NCBI GenBank assembly: GCA_048886685.1
Contig: JBHLKM010000005.1
Location: 170,958-234,957, forward strand
DNA from: Candidatus Hodarchaeota archaeon
GTDB lineage: Archaea; Asgardarchaeota; Lokiarchaeia; Sigyniarchaeales; SOKP01
DNA length: 64,000 nucleotides
Direction of reading: 5' to 3'
Shown: piece after piece, positions 30,715 to 39,014 of the stretch
How positions within the stretch are numbered: the first letter of the stretch is position 1
How the letters are laid out: each line of letters opens with the position of its first letter
Translations under genes and position numbers: made by a program
Notes under the pieces: model-generated
Told to the model about the DNA's origin: nothing
Database searches by the model: none
Seen by the model: the letters and a program-made list of their open reading frames with translations, nothing else

Positions 30715-32922
30715 TTATATTTCTTTAGGAAAAATGACCAGTTCAGTAAGTTCATTTACTTTCATTAATTTCCTATTAATGAAAATCCTGACTTTCTCAG
30801 AAGTAATTTTAGGATTATTCATGAATAACTCTTGTACAATAATATGGCATTTTTTTCCTTTTTTTGCCAATTTTTCATGAATAGGATTATTTTCATTATA
30901 AATGGGAATTGGAAACATAAATGGTCTTTTATGAATATGTCTTGAACTTTTTATTTGCTTTATCTTTTTCGATAAATTAGGGGTGTTTAAAATCGCCGAT
31001 AAATAATAAGCTTCTTCTTCTGATTCAGTAGAATAATAATAATTTTCAGATCCGACAATAATAGTTTGATCTTCATTATTAATGACTGCTGCTTTTAAAT
31101 TAGAGCCACTTGCATTGTATACTGTAAGAAAGGATTTGTTATTAACTTGTTTATGCAATTTATTCCAATAATTCAAATTATCATAGAGAGTATCAATTTT
31201 ACTTGTCACTTTCTTATTTGCTTGGTAAATAGTGTTCATTTCATTATAAAAACTCTGAGCTTTTGGATATTGTTGAAGATAGTCAAGATCAAAATTAAAT
31301 CGAGTATTGATAGGTAAGAATACATCTTTTAATTGTTTTAAGTGAAAGGGGATAAGGTCTATGTTTAAAAATGTTTTAAAGTGAAACTTATCTTCAATTT
31401 CTTTATTTTTGAAAGGATGTAACCATTTTTCTTTAGCTCTGGATAATATATCAGGATCAGAATCGATTGTGAGATACCCATTTTTCTTATTTTTAATTTG
31501 AAAAAATATAAGTGTTCTCGGAACCAATGTGGCTCCCTGATAGAATTTCTTTTTATATGGGCTGTTCTGTAAATTATTTAACATCTTTAATTCATGAATA
31601 GGCATAATTAATTTCGCACCATTACCGTTATCATCGATTTTTAAACTTGAATATGATGTTTCCTTGATTAGCTCTGATTTATTATTAAAGATTTTTGTTT
31701 TAATGGGATATCTTTTTGTGATCGGTATGTAATTGTCTTTACCAATATATTCTGCTTTCAAACAAATATGTTCTACATTGAAAAAATAACTATCCGGAAA
31801 GTCCCAAATTTCTAAATTTGCATTAAATGAATAAAATGCTCGAAATTTGTAGCAATGATCCCCGTTTAATACGCTTTTAGGCATAACAAAAAATATCTTA
31901 CCCCCATTCTTTAAAAAATAAAAGGGAATTGCATAGAAGAAAATTCCTGCCAATTCTATATGCGTTATGTATTGACTTAATGGTTTAATCCTTAATAGAT
32001 TTGATAATTCACGAATTTTAATTTGGTATGCTTTATCGAATAAATCCTTATATGTTAACCATGGGGGATTACCTATAACCAAATCAAATGAATTAAATAT
32101 GTTATTCAATTGTAGATCTATTTTATTCTTACAATCATCTGGAAATAAAGAATCACAGAGGAAGACATTAATCTCTGGGAATTCCCCTCTTTTGAATTTA
32201 AAAAACTCAAGATAGATTAAAAGCATATTAACCTTTGTGGTAATAATTGCTAATGGATTAACATCAAATCCAAAGACGTTATTAATTGCCTTAATCTTAT
32301 TGGAAAGAGAATTTTTTGAATCAAGAATTTTAATAATGGTATTAATTAAAAAATTTCCCGAACCGCAAGATGGATCCAAAATTTTTAACCCAAATTCATA
32401 AAAATCCTCTAGCATTTTAGATACAAGGTGTGAAGGAGTAAAGAATTCCCCTCTTTTATGTCTTATGTTAGAAATAAATATATGTTGATAAAATTGACTG
32501 AAAATGTCTTGTTTTTCGGTTATAGGGTTTTCAATTTCATTATTTATTTTGTTAAGTATTTCTTCTTTAACTGATGTCCAAAAAAAGTATTTATATTCGA
32601 ATATTTTAAGTTTTTCAATTTCATTTTCTATAGGATTATTGAATATTTCTTTAAAATTGAGACCCTCGATAAAGCTTATTTTGGACATCACTAATATCTT
32701 CAATAAATGAACAAAATAGGTATGTTTTAAAAAAAGTTCAGAAGAAATTTCTTTACCATAAATATTAATAAATATTTTCTTCCATTTTTTAAAGTTAGGT
32801 TCGAAATTTACCTCAGAGATAGATCTCTCCTTAAGGAATTTCATAAATTCAGTATAAATCTCTGAATGTACGCCAAATTTTTTATCAATAATTTCGGAAT
32901 TTATTAAATTTTTGATTCCCAT
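30715..32922 (-). CDS. N-6 adenine DNA methyltransferase with C-terminal target-recognition region
   Basis: GEFFTP, LDPSCGSGNF, GFDVNP, FDLVIGNPPW. Confidence 0.9.
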   Translation of the reverse strand: MGIKNLINSEIIDKKFGVHSEIYTEFMKFLKERSISEVNFEPNFKKWKKIFINIYGKEISSELFLKHTYFVHLLKILVMSKISFIEGLNFKEIFNNPIENEIEKLKIFEYKYFFWTSVKEEILNKINNEIENPITEKQDIFSQFYQHIFISNIRHKRGEFFTPSHLVSKMLEDFYEFGLKILDPSCGSGNFLINTIIKILDSKNSLSNKIKAINNVFGFDVNPLAIITTKVNMLLIYLEFFKFKRGEFPEINVFLCDSLFPDDCKNKIDLQLNNIFNSFDLVIGNPPWLTYKDLFDKAYQIKIRELSNLLRIKPLSQYITHIELAGIFFYAIPFYFLKNGGKIFFVMPKSVLNGDHCYKFRAFYSFNANLEIWDFPDSYFFNVEHICLKAEYIGKDNYIPITKRYPIKTKIFNNKSELIKETSYSSLKIDDNGNGAKLIMPIHELKMLNNLQNSPYKKKFYQGATLVPRTLIFFQIKNKKNGYLTIDSDPDILSRAKEKWLHPFKNKEIEDKFHFKTFLNIDLIPFHLKQLKDVFLPINTRFNFDLDYLQQYPKAQSFYNEMNTIYQANKKVTSKIDTLYDNLNYWNKLHKQVNNKSFLTVYNASGSNLKAAVINNEDQTIIVGSENYYYSTESEEEAYYLSAILNTPNLSKKIKQIKSSRHIHKRPFMFPIPIYNENNPIHEKLAKKGKKCHIIVQELFMNNPKITSEKVRIFINRKLMKVNELTELVIFPKEI

Positions 32923-32980
32923 TGTAAAATGTATAAAATTATAATCTAAAAAAGGAATTGAAAATAAAAAAAAGATTATC

Positions 32981-33526
32981 TTACTTTCTCATAAATGTTG
33001 GAAGCATGAAAGAAAAAATCTCTGCAATCTTCCTCAATTTTGCTTTCTCTTGTATAGTTGTGATAATTAATACTGATCTTGATAGCTCTTCTCTATCCAA
33101 AGAACCTCCAGAATAAATTGCTTGATTAGTATTGAACACTAATAAAAATCTCACATTGGGATTATTAATTATACTTATCCCTTCGGTAACCTTCAAATCA
33201 TCATAAATAGGTCGAAGGTTTTTTGGTAAATTTCCTCTATCATTTGTGATTAAAAGTACTGGAATCCCCTTTTGAGAAACTTTTTTTAATTCTTTAGAAT
33301 AGAACTCATCTATTTTCGGTGTAACAATGTTTAACTGCTCTTTAGTTGACGCAATCAAATTTAACAGTTGATCATTGAGCACATTTCTTTTCTCTAACCC
33401 ACCAGAAGATTCTATGTTAAACATACCTACTAATGTCATTATTTTATTTTCTAATGAAGCTATTTCCTGCTTCAAACGCTTATTTTCTACGCGTAACTCG
33501 AGTAATCGATCGGAAATCTCACCCAC
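32981..33526 (-). CDS. coiled-coil + PLD-fold protein lacking the HKD motif
   Basis: LIASTKEQLNIVTP, KGIPVLLIT, VRFLLVFNTNQAIYSGGSL in place of HxKxxxxD...GSxN. Confidence 0.65.
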   Translation of the reverse strand: MGEISDRLLELRVENKRLKQEIASLENKIMTLVGMFNIESSGGLEKRNVLNDQLLNLIASTKEQLNIVTPKIDEFYSKELKKVSQKGIPVLLITNDRGNLPKNLRPIYDDLKVTEGISIINNPNVRFLLVFNTNQAIYSGGSLDREELSRSVLIITTIQEKAKLRKIAEIFSFMLPTFMRK

Positions 33527-33713
33527 CCACCGTTTATGTTAACTTATTCAACTCAAAACATGTTTCCATTCATTATATTTATTTTTCTTAATTTCTTTTT
33601 AAATAATGAATTTTACAAGTTTGATATTTTAAATTTAATTCTTGTATTAATTAATTAAAATTTACTTTATAAATATTTTTTATTCCATATTTTTTTATAT
33701 TAAAGTTTTAAAT

Positions 33714-36305
33714 TCAGGAAATTAATTTTTTCCAGGGTTGTCCAAAGAGTAAAAAACTTGATACTGCTAAACTGCTTCTTAAGTCAATTCTTGCTACACC
33801 CTCTTTCTCTAATGAGTCTTTAAATTCTTGTTGCACAATTTCTTCCATCTTCTTTGCTATGCATTGTTGTCGAGCCTTAAGAAGTGATACTCCTTGACTA
33901 TTATTATTAAATAGATTAATAAAAAAGAATGAAGTAATATCTTTAGTTTCTTCGTTGAAAAGAGGGTATGTTCTTGAAATAATTCCAGTAAATTTGGTTT
34001 GATCGAATTGAGCAACGATCTCCCCAAATGTTTTGAGACCATTCTTTAGTTTTTGACCTTCTATATCAAAAATCTGGGCGTTAAAAAATAACAGAGGATT
34101 TAAATTCGAGTTATTTTGACTTAAAGTATTATTTATTTCTCTGAATGTAATGATTTCACTATCATTAACTAGCAAGTAGCTATCATTTGGGCTCCATTTA
34201 GAATAAAATATATTTCCTACAAATATAATAATATGATAAAAATCTTTTAACAGATGGTCAAAAAAATTATCTCGTGTCGATTTTGAGCCAATAAGCGTAG
34301 TAATTTGATTAACTTTGTCGGCATTATTAAAGAAATTGATAATATAGTTTACTTCATTCGCACCGGCAGTAAAAGGGTATATTAGTTCTTTTCTTTTCAA
34401 TTCATTATTCCATTTTAAAGGACTTGTAGAATTTATAGATTCAATTATTAAAACATTGAATTTTCCATTATCTTGCTCAACTACAGATTTAATTAAAGAT
34501 GCCTCTTCAAAAGAAATACCTCCAAGTGGTATTTCACCAATTTTATATCCAATAGAATATTTTAACAAGAAAAAATTATTATCGTATATCAAATCAAAAG
34601 GAATCGTCATATTATCTATAACAAAATAAATCTGAGGTATAGTTTTTAGACTTTCAATTTTAAAAGATTTAAAAAAATTTCTTATTAATTTTGGTAAAAA
34701 AATATATAATAATTCCCCAAATTCGTTAAGGTTAATTGTAAACTTTCTCTTTTCAGTCTCATAGAAAAGCTCATTATATATCTCTAATATTTGAGTATCA
34801 TTCCAATATTCATTAGTGATAATACCCTCTAAAATTTGATAATCTGTTGAAAAAATACGATACGATATCATCCCTTTAGAATTTATTCTTAGAATCATAT
34901 TATTAATAGAAAAACCTTCATTGTCTAATCTAAGAGAATTTATGCCGTCTTCAAATGAATAAATCTGACTTTTTAAAGGTTCTACTTCATTATATAAGGA
35001 TACAACATCTTTTATCAATTTGTTAAAATCCTTTTCAAGATAAAATATTATTTTTTGCGCTATTTTAAAATTCTTTTCTTCAAAAAGAGCACGATAGAAC
35101 ATCATTCTCCAAAAATCTCTTTGCTCTAAAGAGAAGAACATAGACTTGAATTGCCAGAGTAAATTACAGGTATAAAAATAATGAAAGATTTGAGCGCTCG
35201 TTTGAGGTATTTTTAAATGGTTATCTAGTTTTTCTAACGACTGTAATAAATACTTTTTCTCTTTCATTTCAACAAATTTTTTGCAGGCTTCAACCCATAG
35301 TTCAATTAAGATGTTGTCGTAGGAAAGATCTGTTTTATACATGAATAAATCTTCTAAGAAATCATAGATTTCAAAGGCTATTTCAAAGCGATTTCTATTA
35401 ATTGAAAAATCAATGAATTTCCGTATATAGGTAATTGCATCCCCATAAGATTGAAATTCTTGCATTTTTGAGAAAATATTCCTAATAATAATGATAATCC
35501 AGGAATATTCTCCTATGTCATTCAAATAATTTATCAGTTCCTCAAGATCAACCAAAATGGTACTAAAACTTCTTTCGTTGATCGCGATTCTACTAATACT
35601 ACTAAATTCGTTTTTTAAATACTGTGGAAGTCGATTGATCAGAATTTTATTTATAAATCTCACAAATTCTGAGGAATCTTCCATAAGATTATATTTAATA
35701 CAAACGTCCTCTAAAATCATATAAATGAATAACGTTCTCTTACTTGGTTCTAATTTTAACACAGTTTTACCTAACTTTTCCATACTTAAATGAAAAAATT
35801 CTGAAGGCGCTACAGATTTCCTTAGAAACATCAGTAAAATTTGTAATTCTATTAGCTTCTGGAATTCTTCTTTTTCATGTAATTTTACAGAAAAGGAATT
35901 AATGAATTTTGTTATTCCTTTCTGAGATAAATCTTCAATTTTTATAAATTGCTTAAGAAGGTTTATCCCAAAATTATTAAATAAATAAAAATCATCTAAG
36001 TTTGCTAAAAATGAAAAGAATCTTTTATACGCATCAATATATCTGATTAAATCAATTTTAACTTCTCCTTCTTCTCGTTTAACAAGCGAATTTAAATATA
36101 TCCACCAAGAGTTCGAGATTATCATTAATAATTGATGCTTTTTTTGGATGTCTAACCATTCATTTTTTTCTATATCCATTCTTAAATTTTCAAGTAAATT
36201 TGAAGCCCATTTATGATTAGCACCAAATAATAATTTCCGTGCTATTATTATTTTTTTTTGAAAGTCTGTTAAAAATTCCTGTTTTATATCTAAACTTACT
36301 GTCAT
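33714..36305 (-). CDS. helical-solenoid protein with C-terminal CHAT (caspase-like) domain, catalytic residues substituted
   Basis: FGELLY..LP, IPFDLIYD..FFLLKYSIG, GANEV, HIIIFVGN (vs HFAGH), LFFNAQ (vs FLNAC), SLLKAR, FLLFGQP. Confidence 0.8.
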   Translation of the reverse strand: MTVSLDIKQEFLTDFQKKIIIARKLLFGANHKWASNLLENLRMDIEKNEWLDIQKKHQLLMIISNSWWIYLNSLVKREEGEVKIDLIRYIDAYKRFFSFLANLDDFYLFNNFGINLLKQFIKIEDLSQKGITKFINSFSVKLHEKEEFQKLIELQILLMFLRKSVAPSEFFHLSMEKLGKTVLKLEPSKRTLFIYMILEDVCIKYNLMEDSSEFVRFINKILINRLPQYLKNEFSSISRIAINERSFSTILVDLEELINYLNDIGEYSWIIIIIRNIFSKMQEFQSYGDAITYIRKFIDFSINRNRFEIAFEIYDFLEDLFMYKTDLSYDNILIELWVEACKKFVEMKEKKYLLQSLEKLDNHLKIPQTSAQIFHYFYTCNLLWQFKSMFFSLEQRDFWRMMFYRALFEEKNFKIAQKIIFYLEKDFNKLIKDVVSLYNEVEPLKSQIYSFEDGINSLRLDNEGFSINNMILRINSKGMISYRIFSTDYQILEGIITNEYWNDTQILEIYNELFYETEKRKFTINLNEFGELLYIFLPKLIRNFFKSFKIESLKTIPQIYFVIDNMTIPFDLIYDNNFFLLKYSIGYKIGEIPLGGISFEEASLIKSVVEQDNGKFNVLIIESINSTSPLKWNNELKRKELIYPFTAGANEVNYIINFFNNADKVNQITTLIGSKSTRDNFFDHLLKDFYHIIIFVGNIFYSKWSPNDSYLLVNDSEIITFREINNTLSQNNSNLNPLLFFNAQIFDIEGQKLKNGLKTFGEIVAQFDQTKFTGIISRTYPLFNEETKDITSFFFINLFNNNSQGVSLLKARQQCIAKKMEEIVQQEFKDSLEKEGVARIDLRSSLAVSSFLLFGQPWKKLIS

Positions 36306-36326
36306 TAAATTGTTATTTCCTTATTT

Positions 36327-37514
36327 TTAATCATTATTTTGAATGGTGTTCCTTATTTCTTCTCCTGCGGAGAGTTTAGGGTTTTGTTCCCATCCTTTAC
36401 TTAATTTGCCTTGTGCCCATAAAACACTCGCTCCAACCCAGCTAATATTCTCTCTGCCTGAAACTGCCATTACATTAATTTTTTCTTTAATTCTTTCTGA
36501 GAAGAACTTTGAAATCTCAATTTTTAATCTCTTTTCAAATCCAGGGATCAAACTCCCGCCACCTGCGAGAATAATATTCGATAATAATTCTTCCCAATTT
36601 TCTCGATCCCATGTACGGATGACCTTAGCAATTGCTTCGGGTAAGCCAATATAATCAATATGAATTATTAATGGATTGAATAGAGGCTCTGAAATAAGAA
36701 ATCTTTCTGAATTAATTTCTAAACTAGACCCATCAGGTAGATCGATATTACTTGTGTACTTTGTAAAACCATCCTTTATTCGCCTGATTTCCTCCTCTGG
36801 ATCTAAAACACATAACGATAATTTATCTTTTATTTCCTTTGCAATGATATGATCAAGATAAATTGATTTTCCAGATCTAATTTTGGTTAAAAGTAAGTTG
36901 AGCAGATAATTGGTTATATCTTTACCCGCAACTGGATAAGTATCTCTTGCTATAACATTAGAAAAACCATGTAAAAATGATGTAATGTATGTATTTTCCT
37001 CGCCTATACTTACGATTACTCCACTTGTTTTCCGGAATGTAGATATTATTCCTTGACTTTCAGATATAAATAGAATACTTGGAAAATCAAACACATTAAA
37101 AAAAATATCTCTCAATTTAGTTTTCTCTAATTCAGGCATGAAGAAGGGTGTTATTATGATAATTGGTTGTTTAAATTGATTATTTTCCGATATTTCTAAC
37201 TCTTTATAATGATGATAGAAGAATTTCATCAAAATTGTAAAATTGTTTTCTTTTTTAAACTCATGTACTGTAAGTATATTGGAATATTTTAGCGCTTCAT
37301 GACCAAATAACTGACCCTCTACATTTTTTTCCTCCATAAATATATCTTCAAGACCATCAATTACATCTGAAGTAAAGAGATAATCGGTATTATCAACGTA
37401 GACACTAGGAGCAATAATATCTGGATAATCATTTCCTGCCCATCCCAATCGAAAAAAATTATTCCCTATATCGAGAATTAATGGACGTAATTGATTATTT
37501 TTTTCAGATGACAT
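36327..37514 (-). CDS. Asgard actin-related protein (divergent)
   Basis: LILDIG...LGWAG.DYP...PSV, AGKDITNYL, AKEIKDKL, LPDG...I.SERF..SEPLFNP, NIILAGGGS, SWVGAS. Confidence 0.92.
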   Translation of the reverse strand: MSSEKNNQLRPLILDIGNNFFRLGWAGNDYPDIIAPSVYVDNTDYLFTSDVIDGLEDIFMEEKNVEGQLFGHEALKYSNILTVHEFKKENNFTILMKFFYHHYKELEISENNQFKQPIIIITPFFMPELEKTKLRDIFFNVFDFPSILFISESQGIISTFRKTSGVIVSIGEENTYITSFLHGFSNVIARDTYPVAGKDITNYLLNLLLTKIRSGKSIYLDHIIAKEIKDKLSLCVLDPEEEIRRIKDGFTKYTSNIDLPDGSSLEINSERFLISEPLFNPLIIHIDYIGLPEAIAKVIRTWDRENWEELLSNIILAGGGSLIPGFEKRLKIEISKFFSERIKEKINVMAVSGRENISWVGASVLWAQGKLSKGWEQNPKLSAGEEIRNTIQNND

Positions 37515-37564
37515 ATTTTTCTGATTGATTTTAATTAATTAGAACTTATAGAAAAAAGCGCTAT

Positions 37565-38413
37565 TTAATACTTCATTTCATGAATTAAATCGTCTGTAAC
37601 TCTTTTTAATTGATACTCCTTAATTTGCAATTCTAATAAACCTAAAACTCTTTTAAATTTTCCAGACATAGATTCTATGTCAACTTCTGCCACTTTTTCA
37701 ACTTCATCGCGTTTAACTTTGAATAGCTCTAACTGCGATTGGATCTTTTTATATTGATTATTAATAGATACAACTAAATCTTCTGTATTTTTCTTGGTTA
37801 TTTTACGCATTTTTCTTAAAATAGCTAATATATTAGAAATAGAATTTTCCCATCTCTCATATCTCTCATTATAACTCTTTAACAATTCCTCAAAAAATAT
37901 CGTTAATTTGGCATAAATGTTATCTTTTTTAATAGAGGATTTTGTTTTTTTCTCTGGAGGTGTTGGAGCTATTTCTTCTTTAACTCCTATGACATCTTTT
38001 TCAACGGGAGGTACTGTTGAAGCTTCTATTTGAATCTTCGGAGGAAATGCAGTTTTAGGTTTTTCCTCGGTCATTAATGGTTTCGATTTTTCTTTGGATT
38101 CTGGGGCGACAATTTTCTCTCGTTTCTGGGATGGTTTTCTTTGTGCTAAAGGGACATCCTCTAAAGCATAAGCTTCTGCTATTTCACTTCTACTTTCGTG
38201 AGATAAGTGAGGTGTAATTTTTTCCTCTCCTTCTTTCTTAGGAAGCACAAATCCCTTTCCTTCGGTAGCCTCCTCCATTAAGCTCTGCAATGTTGTTTTT
38301 GTAGTTTTTGTTGAACTCAAGGCGTCATTTAAGGAATACCCTTGAATATCCCCTATCTCTTCAACTTCTTCAACAACTTTTTTTTTCTTTTCTTTTTTCT
38401 TCTTCTTCCCCAT
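37565..38413 (-). CDS. hypothetical protein: disordered Lys/Glu/Pro N-terminus, coiled-coil C-terminus
   Basis: Poly-Lys start, PPK/PPV/PTPP motifs, about 120-aa heptad-rich end. Confidence 0.75.
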   Translation of the reverse strand: MGKKKKKEKKKKVVEEVEEIGDIQGYSLNDALSSTKTTKTTLQSLMEEATEGKGFVLPKKEGEEKITPHLSHESRSEIAEAYALEDVPLAQRKPSQKREKIVAPESKEKSKPLMTEEKPKTAFPPKIQIEASTVPPVEKDVIGVKEEIAPTPPEKKTKSSIKKDNIYAKLTIFFEELLKSYNERYERWENSISNILAILRKMRKITKKNTEDLVVSINNQYKKIQSQLELFKVKRDEVEKVAEVDIESMSGKFKRVLGLLELQIKEYQLKRVTDDLIHEMKY

Positions 38414-38454
38414 AAAATATACCTATATACTAAATAAAATTCTAATTTATGAAT

Positions 38455-38862
38455 TTATTCGAAAGGTAAGATATCAACATTAAGTGCCTTTCCGTTTTTT
38501 ATCAAACCTTCTCTTAATTCTTCCATTGTAATATTTTTAGGAGTTGGACTAAGTACCGTCCAAATTGCTGTTTTCGATTTTTCTAAAATGATACTCTCTC
38601 CCCACATTAAAGAAATACCAAATTCTCCAAAAACTGTTGCTATTTTTGCTAAAGATCCAGGCTCATCGACCATTGTTATCCTAAATTTAATAGGTTTATC
38701 TGCCTTCGAAATTCCTACTGGTGTTATTCGTATTTCCTTTGTTTCTGAATCGCTTACAAGCATTAGTTGGGAATCCGTTGTAATACCAAGATGTTTCCTA
38801 GTTACTAATGGAAGTACAATTCTCCCTCGATTATCTATGGATATAATTTTTACATCCTTCAT
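38455..38862 (-). CDS. AbrB/MazE-type DNA-binding domain fused to ACT domain
   Basis: IDNRGRIVLP..RKHLGI; DEPGSLAKIATVFGEFGIS. Confidence 0.88.
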   Translation of the reverse strand: MKDVKIISIDNRGRIVLPLVTRKHLGITTDSQLMLVSDSETKEIRITPVGISKADKPIKFRITMVDEPGSLAKIATVFGEFGISLMWGESIILEKSKTAIWTVLSPTPKNITMEELREGLIKNGKALNVDILPFE

Positions 38863-39014
38863 AGTTCTTAATATATTACTATTTCTTTTAATAATTACAA
38901 TATGGAAATAATTTTCTTATAAATATTAACGAAATTATTATTAATAATTTTAATGAAAACTTTCCAGAAAAGAAGTGTAAAACAGAAATAATATAAAAAA
39001 TTAAAATATAATAG

